A stretch of DNA of 64,000 nucleotides from Tubulanus polymorphus (taxonomy: Eukaryota; Animalia; Nemertea), in NCBI RefSeq assembly GCF_964204645.1, contig NC_134029.1, positions 7,466,850 to 7,530,849 of the forward strand, written 5' to 3'. A program made the position numbers and the translations under genes. A model generated the notes under the pieces. It saw nothing but the letters and a program-made list of their open reading frames with translations, had not been told where the DNA came from and did no database searches. Of the stretch, positions 39,628-53,300 are shown piece by piece (the first letter of the stretch is position 1; each line of letters opens with the position of its first letter).

Positions 39628-42600
39628 TTAATTTCGTTGATTGACCACGTGTAAAGTTTTCCGTTCGGAAACCCAATCTGGATGAATAGTGAAATTACTG
39701 CGATGCGGCAACTGCGAATTCTGGAAAAGAATTTCGAGGAATGGTTTTTAGTAAGGTATAGAATAATGTTGAGGATAAAAAGTGTATAAGGGGAATATAG
39801 GCTTATAACTTACGTTAAAGAAACTTCCTTGATGGGCGTATTCCTTCTGTAAAGCTGGCCGTGGTTTGTGGCGATTCATAGGTCTGACTTCCTTTTTACC
39901 GTAATATGGAGAGATTTGATGATTTCCCGATCTGAAAAATCATCAGACGTTAAGTGTCTAGATCAATGTACAGTCCTCGCATAGGTACCGACTCATTTTG
40001 TGTTTGAGTTGTGAGAAAGCGAAGAGCATGGCTTGAATATTCAATGTTTTGCATATCCTTTTCGCTCGTGTGCCAAAATGTGACCAAGAATTATATGTGT
40101 ATTTTTGTTTGATTGTGGCATCACATTGTGTTGCCATAGATGGGCGGACAGGGTTTGATCCAGGGAGGGCTGTGCCCCCAAAATAAGGTACATGTCTATA
40201 TATCATATTATCAAAAGGGCACTCCAAAAGAAGCTCATCGGCAAACATAAATTGATATTTGGAAATACCGAGAGCAAGCTTATGAATTTAGACCTTTTTA
40301 AGTATCAGTTTGATATTTTTAATTTTGCATCCAAAGGGTGGATGCATTCCCTGCATCCACCCTTTGGATTTGCCCTTCCATGGACTATGAAATAGTTGAT
40401 CTTATATAAGTCAATGATGTTTCTCTCGGAAAGGGCAGCGTATATAAATGCAACGAGAGCTCCATTTCTGCGCGGTATACCTGATAGACGCGGATGGCTC
40501 CTGCTGATGGTGTTTCAAGACAGACGACATTATACGACTAGAACTACGAACTCCATACTCTTGGGGAAACGGCGAAAGACATGTACGCCACAGTTCAGAC
40601 TCCGGGGTCGAAGGCCACTTCTGATCCCAACCGTTGAAGTGACGACTGTATATCCCGTATAGATCAGATTTACTAATCGAACATATCAGACATAAATAGT
40701 TGGTTAAATTAAGGAGATTCTCAAAGAAACAAAAGGTTTTTTTTAATGATAGCGGCATACGTATTAGGTACTGTGCGTTAGCGCAAAATCTTATGTAGTG
40801 TGTACAGGGAAGTAGATCTTTTAATTTTCAATCTATTTGGAAAAGACGAAATCATTAATCCGAAAAATACAAAATTACCACAAAAATCAAACGAACAATT
40901 ACGTACCACATCCGCGCCATTTCGTCGTGTTATAAGGTTGAAATAGTTGTCAATATAATATCAGAAACATATACAGTTTATATGTATACTGTGCGGGCAT
41001 GGCAATTCCAGTTTGTGACAGTTTTAAATGCATAATTTAGTGACCATGCACGGTTACTTCAGCGTAGATTATGTCTGTTAAGTTCATAGCCTGTGTCATT
41101 CTAAATGACTGTAGACACAATTTAATTAATCTTGCATACATTATGAGGCGCGACGGATTCAAGTTATTGTCATCGATCAAGTAATTATTCAATTAAGATG
41201 GAGGTTTCGATCATCGTCGAGATAATGAAACCGACCTGTTTCTAATAAACATTTCTGAGCGTCCAATGCATATAAAGAATAATAATTTATATATTCATTG
41301 GGTATATATCGATATAAAAACCTTAATTATATCCCGAAGAAAGAATGAAATTAAATTTTCACTAGAAAATCAGATTTAACTCTCTGCTAGAAATTGGTTC
41401 CGCAAAATCTCAGTGCTAATTTCATTCTGAGCCGAGCGATTCAGATTTTTTTCAACGTGGTCGTATAGCCGCATGGAGTTCGTTTCTCTAGTCGTTGTTT
41501 TTGCTTTTTAAGCAAATACGTAAAGAAATAACTGTTTCTCGGAAAGTTATGTTATTTTGTAAGCATGTACATTGAGGCATTATTTTACCTAATATTATCC
41601 AGCAGATTTTGATAGTAATTAGTAACTATTGCGTTCTCGTTCGTCGGAACAAATTCAACGTCCTGAGGAGGTCCGAACACCGGTACCGATGTTTGTACTC
41701 CAGCCGGTTTGTGGCCGTTTCTACCCGGTGTGTATTTCGTCATGCGCACCGGTGAAGCTGGTCTCGAGCCTTGCAACGAGCTTCGCGCGCGCTCCAGACG
41801 GCTGGCTGTGAATCCCGGCTTTCGGTTGTTCAAACTCTTCATCATGTTATAAACAACTGTTTTTTCTAAAGTGAAACAGAACACCCAATCAATCGAAAAT
41901 GCGAAATTTACAACAAAAAACTGTGCCGAAATTGTGAAATTGTTTGCTTTTTAATTTATACATGTCAATTAAACACAAAACACCAATGCGTTAGCAAATT
42001 ATCTAAAATATTTATATTAGATAAACCAATTAATCATTTTATGATATGCCTATACGGTAGTATAAAATCCGCATTATGGACCTACTTGCGCGTGCCCGTG
42101 GTGTCGTTCAATAGTTACACGATAATATTTAACGATACTAAAATGTATAGTTTATATTTAGTTTCCACTTCAGCAAATTATATATACTATACTAAGAACC
42201 TATTTTAAAGGCATATATGGACACAATTTAAACCGGTTTTATACGTCCAACGACACTGTTTGTTATTTGATTTAATCTCCAAATAGCCCGAGGCATTTAA
42301 TCAAGTTATCATAAGGTTTTAAGGTTTTTGTTTTGATAATAGTAATAAGTTCGTCTGGTTTTTCTCTGAGGCGCACTCTCTTGAAATAATCTTCAAATTA
42401 CCGTGATCCGATGCATCGTTTGCCCAACATTCTAACGCTTGTTCGTACGGCGAGGCCTTCAGTGTAGGCTAGAAAATGAAATAATATTAGATGAAATGAA
42501 TTCGTATTTGAAGTGAATTGTGAGTTTGAATCTGGAGATCAAATCAGTTTAATCAATCCTAGTACAAAATTTGGGCATGACACAGGATCCTGATCCGAAG

Positions 42601-43451
42601 AACATCGTCGATATTCGTAGAAAGAAAAGTATGAACTTTATTCAAATCACCTCTTTTGAGACAAAATGCATCGGTGGCGACGAATGGACTGAAGATGGAG
42701 GGCGGTTTGAATAAGGGTTCACGCTGAAATTATATATAGGTGTCGCCATCGGTGTTCTGGCGGACGGTCGTCGCATCGATGCAGTGTTCGGTCGTTTAGG
42801 TGGACTCGGTGGTCTATTCGCAGCCGGCGGTTTTGGAGTCTGGCCCATCATCGTATCTTCGTTTTCTTTATAGATCGACCAATGCCAGTCGTTTTCGTCT
42901 TTTTTCGAATTTTCGTTGAGCTCTGAAAGAAAACAAAAGCTATTCGTCTCAGCTAGACCCGACCATTATACATGTTGTAGTATTTTTGGTAGTATTCTAT
43001 TTGCGATCTCATAAAGAATATAGTATACAAATGCAATATCGCATGTGAACAAAATAAGTATGCGATTCCCAGGGACTGCAAGAATCCAGAGATTATCGAG
43101 TCGGGTCCCAGTCAAAAATTTAGAAAAGATAGACGCAAAAAGGAAATTTCCCAAAAATCCCCGAATCAATGGAAGATTCGCAGATGCCGTAAGAGAGATT
43201 TTAGCTGCCTGTCGCCTTCTTTTCTTAGTCGGGTAGCAGTTACCTGGAAATGTAAAATTATCCGGTTCATCGTCGATAAATAAATTCCAATCACCGTCAT
43301 CGTCATCATCGCCGTAATAATATTTGGGCTGATCGGCTGTACGGTAGTAATACCAGGTATCTGACGGAGCGAGGTTTATCGCTTTGCGAACCGATCCCGG
43401 TCGCTGAGACCCCCGACTCGATGTTCGACTACGTGTACTTCCAGCGTACAT
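39628..43451 (-). CDS. Uncharacterised RPx[ST]-rich protein A, 7 exons, ~408 aa, C-terminal FTIHPDWVSE motif
   Basis: Exons 43451-43244, 42922-42651, 42468-42402, 41865-41589, 40672(or 40645)-40481, 39931-39814, 39720-39628. All are GT-AG with matching phases and give an open frame to TAA. The protein ends KEYAHQGSFFNNSQLPHRSNFTIHPDWVSERKTLHVVNQRN. Confidence 0.8.
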
Positions 43452-44207
43452 TTTGGCAGATATTCCGAAATAAAGTTTGATATCGCTTATCCTTCCAAGG
43501 GAGAATATAACTACGACGATTTGCGGACAACAAAATAATCAAACCAATACCAATCCGTATAGGATTCGTTAGCAATTTGTAATCCTTTCCCTTTGGCCCG
43601 TCTGATAACTGTGTTAATATGTCCAAGTAATAATCATCAAATAAGATCAAAAAACGTATGTCAGCAAAACACCGACGGCTCCTTTTTACACCTTTCAATC
43701 GAATCAAAAGAAAGTGTAAGCGGCATTAGAAAGTTCGAAAACTGGCTGGCATATCATATTCCCACAGGTATTGTCGAAATATTGTTCTCCGGCTTAATGG
43801 AAATTTAGTTTAAAAATGAACCCGCCGCGAGAGACGTCTTCCAGTAATGGATCGGTTTCCGTTACTACCAACACAGACAGACGACCTGAAGCGATGGTAG
43901 AATATTGTTTGCCTGCGTTAGATACATATACACATACCCGGCTCGTATATATTGTGAAACTCATCAAACTGTCGATCAGTAATTCGTTAAGACAATCAAA
44001 TTCGGCCGCGATTATAAATGCAGGGAGATTATTATGTAAATCAATAAACACGATAGGTCATACATATCAATATTTATGTTTGATTACGCTAAATATTAAT
44101 TAGGCGAAGTTACATGTATCGGATGTTCTGTATACATATGGGCCTGACGCATAGGTGCCTAATGTATTATATCCGATGAGAGGGAAACCCGATAGATACT
44201 TGACTCC

Positions 44208-44221
44208 GACGCCATGGCAAC
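44208..44221. promoter_or_regulatory. RFX X-box-like site upstream of gene A
   Basis: GTTGCCATGGCGTC on - (canonical GTTGCCATGGCAAC, 2 mismatches), about 760 bp 5' of the ATG at 43451. Confidence 0.55.
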
Positions 44222-45117
44222 GGTAGAATGGTGCCCAATACGAGAAAATATTATGTCGTGATCTATTCGAAAAACAATTTTACGATATTTGCTAAGAAAC
44301 AATCTTGGTAATGTTTGAAAAAATGTTGTCAGGAAAAGGGTTGGACAATATCGAGTGCTTCGACGGTCAGAGGCATAATCTTCAGTAGATATAAGTAACT
44401 TTTCCCTTCTTAACACTTATGAGCTGTCATTTATGCGTTTAATGATCAACCTAATTAGTCACTTGTCGGTTCAGGGTGGTAGAATATTGTTGAACCGATG
44501 TACTTCGATTTAAACAAGCAATTCCGTAAATTCGACCGCCTGATCACACAACTGTACTGTATCTGTACTTCGATTTCCGATTTCAAAATCAAACCCCCTG
44601 TTTCGCTTCCAGTGGGTCTGCAAGGGACACCAAATCAAAACAAATCAACGAAATCTACCAATGGTCAATCTCTATTTTAAGATTAAAGAAAATCACGGAA
44701 ATGAGAATTGATAAGTGAAGCATAACATGGCCTAGAGATAAGAAATAAGTTATCGCGTTTTCGAAGTTAAAACACTAAGTCATAACTCATATTACTGGTC
44801 CACAGGATAACAAGATTACTAGTTACGTTTCTAGATCGTTTTACGTTGATCTAAGATGAATATTCACGACACGATTTTTATCTGACGTCAGACGGAAGTG
44901 AACGCGAAGCGTACATGTAGCGGTAGATGATGTTGCTGCGTAACGGCTGTCAGTCACATCGAGTGTTAATTGAACACGATATTTTTACTTAGCGTATAAA
45001 TAATTCAACCCTTCGTCTCAATATCCGTCTGATGTACATATACTGCTTTACTCACGATTAATCGATGCACAATGAGTCCCTCTTCGTGAACGGTAACTGA
45101 CTTATCAAAACGTAGGC

Positions 45118-47656
45118 CTACACGCTTTGGAGGAGACCATCGGTTTTTTCTCTTTTGATGAGCATATCCATGAATTGGTTTTCATATACAAAGTGACTGT
45201 CTGATATCAGTGAAAAACCCACAATAAAATTTTTAAAAAAACTAGGAGACGTTTCGACTCAAATCAATGAGCCATAAATTAGATGAATTAGATTTTGAAA
45301 ATGGAGCCATTTTCAAAATCTAATCTATCTAATTATGGTTTTTTCCATGAATGCCTATAGCTTAGGTGATTGTTTGGAGATGTCTGTGCATAGAAACGGA
45401 ATTGTTAACATACTAATGACCACCCCTTTGACATTTCAGTGATGGGCTCACTGCTTACCTGGTTTTATCATAGATTTCGCAGTTCCTGGTCTCTTGATTT
45501 TAAATGGACTGCTCGCTCTATTTACAAACTGTTTTTGTGACACCGAGCCATTTTTAGCTGGGCTTTTCGGCGGTGGCGACGCGGCTGTGTCCGGTGCACA
45601 GTCTTCCACTATCGGCTCCGTTGTACCATTCTCTGCTGTAGTGACCGGTACTGGTTTCGGAACATTTTTAGTCGGACTCGGGTCTGGTGGTGGTAGTTTG
45701 GGTACTGGGATGGAAATCGGTACTGTTGGTCGGACTGATTGAATCGATTCCGCTGTTGGGGGCGGTCGACTGCGAGCGGTCTGAGGCCTTGAATTGGTTG
45801 TCTTTGAAACGCCTGACCTGATACGATCTTTCGGCAACGATTTCTTCAGTACACCCATGCCCGTGTGAATAAACTCGTTCAAATCAGTAGCTGAAATGAT
45901 AACACTCGTAAATTCCTTTTTTTTCGAGTTTTACTCGTTGCTGTTAGAAAAACGCTTCTCCTTGTGACTTACTTGCTGCTGCTGGGGGCACGTACGTTGG
46001 AACTACGGCAGCAAATACAGGCATACCGGGTACAAGGGCAGGACCGGCGATTTGTTGTATAGCGGGTTGATCAGTTGGAGCGACCAGTTGGGGTCCACCG
46101 AACATAGCAGGAGCCAGGGTTTGACCTTTCTGCGTCCAGACGTTGTCCATATAGTTCTTAACCGCTTCGTTGACGCATTCTTGAAAATCTGGGATCGTGG
46201 GACTATTTGTCTGAATTCAGAAATAAAAAAATATGCAATATCTCCATTGCTTGGAACTAGAAATTTACAGTCTATTCTGCATTTTTTTACATCTATATTT
46301 ACAATGAACGAATTCTTTTCACTTAGATGTTATATAGAAGATAACGGTACAAAGCGTAACGTGTCGGGCTCTCAAAGCATGACATTTAAAATCGTCGTAT
46401 GATTTTTAATCGTACCTGATCACACGTTTCTCCTGAAGTACAATTTTTCCTTTTATTTATTGGTTTCAGCAATACTTTACCACCGGGTAAACGCCTGGTA
46501 GCCGATTTTCCTTTCATTTCCGTTATTTTTTGCTATACTAAACCGAATGTCTTATATATCCAAAAATCATTCACTGATATATAGACTTTTAATTCCTGAT
46601 TTGTCAACGAAGAAACACCTGTTCTATGTACACTTTATTTATTACGCCAGGTTCTGCCATAGAAACAGCGCGGATAATACCGACCCATAGAAAATGAAAT
46701 GAATTCACCGAGCTGTAAAATACCCTGTTGACTTAGAATTCTCTACGCTAGTTCATGTATATATATATAGATAATAATTCTATTAAATGTCGAAGAAAAA
46801 AACGGACTAACATGAATACATTTTCTATTACAATTATTCGTACTTTTCATTCTAAGTGATTAATGGGGAACAGTCATTAAATAATTGTATTATATACTGT
46901 GATAATATCTGTCTCTGAAAAATCTGCTCTGGCTTGTCAATGATTTCTTGTTATGTTCGTAATCTTACAAACACGCGTCATTTGGCGCCATATTTCAGCA
47001 TATTCTTGATATACACGCAGTTCGTAAAGCGTTCGAACTTTGACCCGTTCGGAAGAGCGCTAAACTTTCTAATGTACTTTAGTATTTCGATACTAACGCC
47101 TTCTATTAATGGTTTGATTACCTTACGAAGACTTTGAGCATATCTTAAATGTATTTATTGATTGTAAGAAAGCGTCCTAGGCATATAAGATATACTTTTA
47201 ATGGATTTTTACGAGTTCTTTTTCTAACAGAAAATTTATTGCCTACGCGTGTAATTTTTTCACCGACTTATCCGTGACTTTTTCCTCACAGAAAAGGAAG
47301 AAAAACAGATTTGTCCTAAAATCCGAATTTGTAGTGTCCAGGAGATTTAAGCAAATAACAAATTGATATCGGACGACCTTTACGTGTGTTTTTTTTTTTA
47401 TAAAAAGAAATTGACTTTTATATTCATAAGCTTTATTAGCAAGCTACTAAAATCTTATCGAGCTTATTTGTGATAAACTACGATATAGATGAAATATTTT
47501 TTTACCGCAAGAAATATTTACCAAGTAAGGATCCTTGTAGGAGCCTATAGAGGAGGCAGTTTTCGGTGGAGCAGAGCACGGTCGGCTCCGATACGTTCGG
47601 TATCCAACTTCCTTACTGTACGAATCTTGATAAGCGGTCGTCCCGTTCGTCCTCAT
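45118..47656 (-). CDS. Uncharacterised proline-rich RPx[ST]A protein B
   Basis: Phase-consistent exons 47656-47522, 46532-46416, 46210-45973, 45890-45459, 45200-45118. Extra phase-0 exons at 47059-46973 and ~46712-46620 are possible but tentative. Motifs RPCSAPP, RPQTAR, RPGTAK. Confidence 0.7.
45272..45338. repeat. Near-perfect ~67-bp palindrome
   Basis: CCATAAATTAGATGAATTAGATTTTGAAAATGG-AG-CCATTTTCAAAATCTAATCTATCTAATTATGG. Confidence 0.9.
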
Positions 47657-49386
47657 GGTTAGTTCTTTTTTTTCAAGTGCGTATAGCAACACAGCTAAAA
47701 TGAATGAATTTCTGACAATGAAATTTTCGGGTGCGGCAAATTTGCACATATATATGTTTAAAAAGTTTCTTTCGAAAACAAACGAATTGTGTATATATAA
47801 GGTAACAAAGTCGTTTAATAAACTCCGAACATGTTCCCTGCGTTTTAACAAATTCCACATAGTAGACGTACCTTTTTTCGCGATAAATTCACAAAGTCTT
47901 CGATGAATTCCAAGCGATTTCACGAGAGCCTGTTTATATTATCAACATAATCTCGACACCACTAAACAACCAAAAACTAACGAAACATGCATTAATCAAT
48001 GCAAATCCGAATGGAAATTTTATTAGGCTAATCCTATGTTTATTCGCGTACACGGTTTGTGGCCACGAAAAAGACAGCGCTCGGGCACGGCAGCGCGGTA
48101 CGTATAGGCCTACTGTTCATATATGCCGGACAACAACTGGTTAATGTAGATTTGTCATTTCAGGTGTTTATTGCTTCTTTTATATGAATTTAGTTGTCGT
48201 TGACAATACGGCCGCGCAGCGCTGGATTAATATCAAAACGTCCTAATTGCAATGTTCAATCATCATTTGCCGCCTACAGAGGCGAAAACGTATACGCGCG
48301 TAATGCGAACATGCAATATCCCATGCTTATTTTCTCACCGTTTCATAATTATCGATTCCCACGAGATTTACTTTCTTTGATAAACAAAAAATGAATGAAT
48401 GATCCATTTTAGAATGTTCATGTTATTAATGATAAATTTTCTACACATCTTTGATTTTCGATATACATATATTCAAGTGCGTCCAACTCAATGATATGGG
48501 AGGATTTATTTCTAAAATGCAAACGATATATCTAATTCTTTTTCTACGGAATATACATGTTTTATATATCGCCTGGTAGAAGTCTTCATTTATGAAATGA
48601 ATCTTTTTACGAATCTAGTCTTAACTGCGTCTATTTCAAACGTACGTATAAACGTACAGTTTATAATACGCATGTAATTACAGTTTACAAGTGCTTGGAT
48701 GTAACGCCTTAGTTCTTCACCTCGTAGATACACAAACTGTGCGCGCATAAGATTAATTTGAATACATTAAATATTACGTATAACGCGTGAAAGCTTCTCA
48801 TTCCAGCAGGTGTCTCACTAGTCATTTGATGGTCTTCGCGTTATATTGCGGGCAAGTTATACTCAATTTCTCCATGGCCATTGCTTCAGACATCATCGCA
48901 TTTCTCGGTGATTTTTTAATGAATCAAAAGACGATTCATGCCATTCCATTCAGTGTATAGAAGAGATAATCAATGCTCCGTATTATATCGCGAGAGAGTA
49001 AAGATATAGAAAATGTGTATAGTTCATAACGGGGATGGTAATTTCTTCCCATTTTTTGGTTCAATTACCCGTATTCTGTAATGGAATGTATTGACTGGTT
49101 ATTCGCATTGGGATTAGTACAAAAAATAAAATGATTAATACCGTTTTGATCGGCTTTTCATTTTCAAATTAATCTTCCCAACAGGGATTACTCGTGGTAG
49201 AGCACGACTGTTGACGTGCACGTACGCAGTTCAATCCCGAAAAAAAATGAAATTGCCGCGGCAGATGAACTTGAACATTCCATTTGACGCGGACATCTCT
49301 ACGGAAATTTAAGCTATGTCAATATGTGAATAAGGTATGCTATAGATATAGCACCAGTACCAATATTGAACCATTTGATATAAATA

Positions 49387-49639
49387 CAGTCAACCCCCGA
49401 TATACTGCCAAAACCGCCACCCCGCATGATGCCAGGGCGGGCGCACGAATGAGCGATTAGCAATTAGCTAATACCGCTTTCGTGCTCCCGCCCCTAGTTT
49501 TTCCTCCTGACCTGAGAACGGCATGTCATTTTGTGTTGGAACTACTAGTCTTAATCGAACCCCGATATTTAAGCCACCGTACTCTCTATAACCACCAAAA
49601 TCCCAGATCATCGATGTGCCGGTATATCGTGGTTGACTG
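49387..49639. mobile_element. pogo/Tigger-like MITE with TA TSD (relative at ~23091-23175)
   Basis: TA|CAGTCAACCCCCGATATAC ... GTATATCGTGGTTGACTG|TA. Confidence 0.8.
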
Positions 49640-49986
49640 TAATTCGCGATGTGCTGCATGAAATTAAAGCAAAAATAAGATTTTAGAAATCTTCATTTTT
49701 TTCATAAACTCACCTATTCAAGTCTTATCATTTTAGCTGACTATGAAGAGTTGATCGCAGTCTAATTAGTCTAAGTGACCCCTACAAATTTGCCGCATGG
49801 CAATGTCGTTGATATCTATCAAGTGACCTTGTAATCAAAAGAAATACACACTTTATGAATTTATTATTCCATTATTCGAAATATATTTTCCACCAAAGTG
49901 AATAAAATCTTATAAATTTGGTTCATTTGAATATATTATTTGCCAAAGATTATTTTCTTTTCTTCATACACCACCCATGATATACA

Positions 49987-50263
49987 TGGTAACAGGTAAA
50001 ATTCCCCCCGGTAAATATCCCCCCAGTAAAAATCCCCCTGGTAAAAATGTCCCCATATTCACTTTTCTATCAAACTAGAGTATAATAACTTGATAAAACG
50101 TTCTATCACAATATTTAGGAATACATGTACATAGATATTTCATCTTTCATCGTTACTTTTAACCTATATTTCTTTATAAAAAGTGACTACTATGAGTTGT
50201 CACTTTCTCTAAAGACCAGGGGGGATTTTCACCTTGTGGGATTTTTCCGGGGAGGGGGTTACC
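49987..50263. mobile_element. MITE with GGTAAC/GTTACC ends and subterminal GGTAAAA.TCCCCC repeats
   Basis: Tandem GGTAAAATTCCCCC-like units on the left, inverted GGGGATTTT units on the right. Confidence 0.6.
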
Positions 50264-50272
50264 TATAGCAAC
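50258..50272. promoter_or_regulatory. RFX X-box ~50 bp upstream of gene C first ATG
   Basis: GTTACC-TAT-AGCAAC fits GTNRCC(N0-3)RGYAAC. The left half is the end of a MITE. Confidence 0.5.
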
Positions 50273-50320
50273 TTAGAATACAAGGATTTCTTGATTCTTC
50301 TCACTGGTAAAGACGGTAGA

Positions 50321-53300
50321 ATGCAACGAGTTATCAAACGCGAAAAACAGACAAATACCCCAGCACCACAGAGACCATCTTCTGCTGTCTTCGCTCGAAA
50401 GTCTGCTACATCGGGAAAGGTAAATACCAGCATTAGATACATTCGATATACATGTATACGGTGAATGCATTAGGAAGTTTCTAAATAATCACACATACGC
50501 CACGCGTTATATACTTTGCATTTTCACCCATAACTTTCCTTGTTTTCTTCGAAACAGTACCGTCACCTTTTACCCCCGAATTACCCGTTGAACGCACCGT
50601 ATACATCGACTGAATTAGAAATTAAATAAAAACCACTATCGATATCAGATTGAAGACCATTGAAAAACGTGCAAACAATACGACTCTATACAGAGACGGG
50701 CAATTATGTATTTGTTCGAATTAAAAAGGGACAGATCTAAATCATTCTCTCAATTATGGCTCGTATTTGTCCCGTAAATCAGCGAAGATATTTTCGTAAT
50801 CCCACTTCGAAACTCAACCGGATCGAGCGGATTAGAGTGGTGGCGAACACCTCTCGTGGAAGACAAGTTTACCGATATCTTTTAGCGCATTAAATTAACA
50901 GGAACGTCGGTTAGGACAAGACATCTTTTGGCACATTGAGCATATTTTGAGAAAATCTTTGAGAATATCTATAATTTTCGGTTGTCTCAGTGTATGGCCC
51001 AACAGTGAATCGGCTGAAAGGATAGAACGAGATATTCGTCGATTTAAACAACATGCCTAAAGTTTTACTCAATATCTTTCTGTCGAATCAGGTAAGGCAT
51101 TGTTTTAATTCAATACTATAAAAGCGGTCGAGGCGGAAGAGTTTCTAATGAGAAATCTAAGAGAAGAAACTTTAAGATTGGCTATAGAACTAAGTTGGTC
51201 TTAGACTCGTCTTAAATGCAAGTCGTGACCGTGCAACTGGCCTCTAGTCAATTAGGCACATGCAATTTATTGCTATATTGATAGTGAGCTGTTAAGATTA
51301 GTTCTGAAATTTTTATTTTAAGACCGTTCTATTGGTAGATTATTGAATTTTGCATTATCAAACACAGTTGGAAGGAATTGAGTATTTCATTTGCGCCACA
51401 AAAAAACAAATAGCCCTTAAGCGTTTATCCGTGGGCTGGGATCTATATTCGATTCACATAATTATGTCTTCAGTTATCTTTTCATCAAACGCTTGAATAT
51501 AAAAAATTTTCCAACTATTATCGTCGAATAAAAGAATCCATATTCGTTGCAAACAGTTTTCTTTTCAACAAGTCAGAATTTAGAAAAAAAAAACGTCTCC
51601 GATTTGCAATAAATAACTAACCGCATTCAGGAAGTACTGCCGGGCTTTTGTCCGATCTCAGTTCGGGCGGCGTATGAATAAAAAACGAAATTCTTTTCTA
51701 TTAGGCGCGCTTTTAAAAGGCGAAGCTAGTTGTCGAGATCGATCAAAGAAGTAAATAGGTATTGATATTCGGTTTATCTAGGTTTCAATATATCATGTCG
51801 TCGGTGTGCATTGAGCGACATGTATCACTAGTGCTTGCCTGGCTACCGCGCGCTCTGTCTCTGTCAGTTACCTGTCAGAAAAGGCATTTTTCACGTGAAT
51901 ATAGTTCACGGATTTGACACGAACGCGCGGCTTCGATCAAAATCTAATAACTGGCAGAATGTATTTTTCGTGTTTGCAAGGCTACTTTTGGATTTGCGAT
52001 TGACATCCTTGCGGCAAGAGGTTACGGCAACGATTTATTGTTTCAAATTAACATTATTCTTATTATGATACCGGTATTCCGCACGAAGAAAGGCAATTAA
52101 CGTTATATATATATATTATACATCTGTTTTTGGATTACTGGTCCGATTACATCGGTCTCTCGCAAAATGACAAGAAATATGTTCAGGAGTCAGTTGAATC
52201 GTTATACCCCCTTGAGTGTTATAGGCGAAGCAGCCTCGCCGCAGACGTCAGTGGTAAGAAATAGGTGTATTTTTCATCATTATTAACAAAACCATATGTG
52301 GTTTCCATCATACATATTTTGAATTTTCATTCCGTGGATGTTTTCATTCATCTGGTTTACCGCACTTTCTCCCGATAAGGTTAATACCGGAGACATTGTA
52401 GGTTTTGAATTTCTCAGGTAAAAGATATTTGAGAATTTTTCAACCAAAATAGTTCAGAGATTAAGCATCCGTCAGGCACTGAATGCATTGAATCGTTCTA
52501 ATTTTCTTTTCATATAAAATGTTGGTTATAGAATAGCGCCACTCAGACGTGGAGAAGGGTTTATAATTAAGACCTTATGCGTATGTACGAAGGACACAAC
52601 GTTTCGAACTCTCGTAAGAGAGAGCCTGACGATGATAGAAGAAGATGACGTTCTTAATTTTCAACTTTTATTTTTCTAAATTTGTACATACGTATAGTGG
52701 GTTTTAATATCATATATAACAATGTTTGTTTGTTTTTTCAAAGACGAATCCAATGAATACGTGTAAGACAATTTTCTGAATAACTAAAGGTAACTTCTGA
52801 AACGGGAGCTTCGTTCAATGAGGCGGATTACATCCATAATCATAAAGACATTATTTATACCGCAGCCCTCTTAGCAACATTTACATCACTCGTGGTCAGG
52901 TCTATTTTACTCTATTGGAAGGTTGCATTACACTATAGCGATTCCGAATCGATATCAGATCCGAAATTCATTTAATACATTATTAATCATATTTCACTCG
53001 TCGTTTTAATTCAGTTTATTATATAGTCTAACTAGCTAGATATAACTCATTAAAACTTCGTGAATTAACACCGGAGGTTTTCAAATTCGATTAAGAATGT
53101 CCCCATTTCTGAATTGTCGGGTTACCAAATTGTACATAGATCATTGTATACTGCTTAAACGAATTGGATTTCCAGATTGGTCAATCACCATACAAAAATA
53201 ATAACCCGTTACAATTTGCTGTTGTAAGAGATTATTATAAGACAATTTTGAGACAGTATTGTTTATTGTGTGCGGGTGGCCACATGTGGAACTGTAGTTG

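Noticed and set aside
45056-45181. Alternative open frame KPIHGY...HRLI ending at a GTGAGT donor, which might extend gene B
   Set aside because: No AG acceptor in the needed position; the canonical acceptor at 45200 leads to a stop at 45118. Worth rechecking with RNA-seq.
49185-49240. tRNA-like A-box and B-box words
   Set aside because: No cloverleaf can be formed; at most a decayed SINE head.
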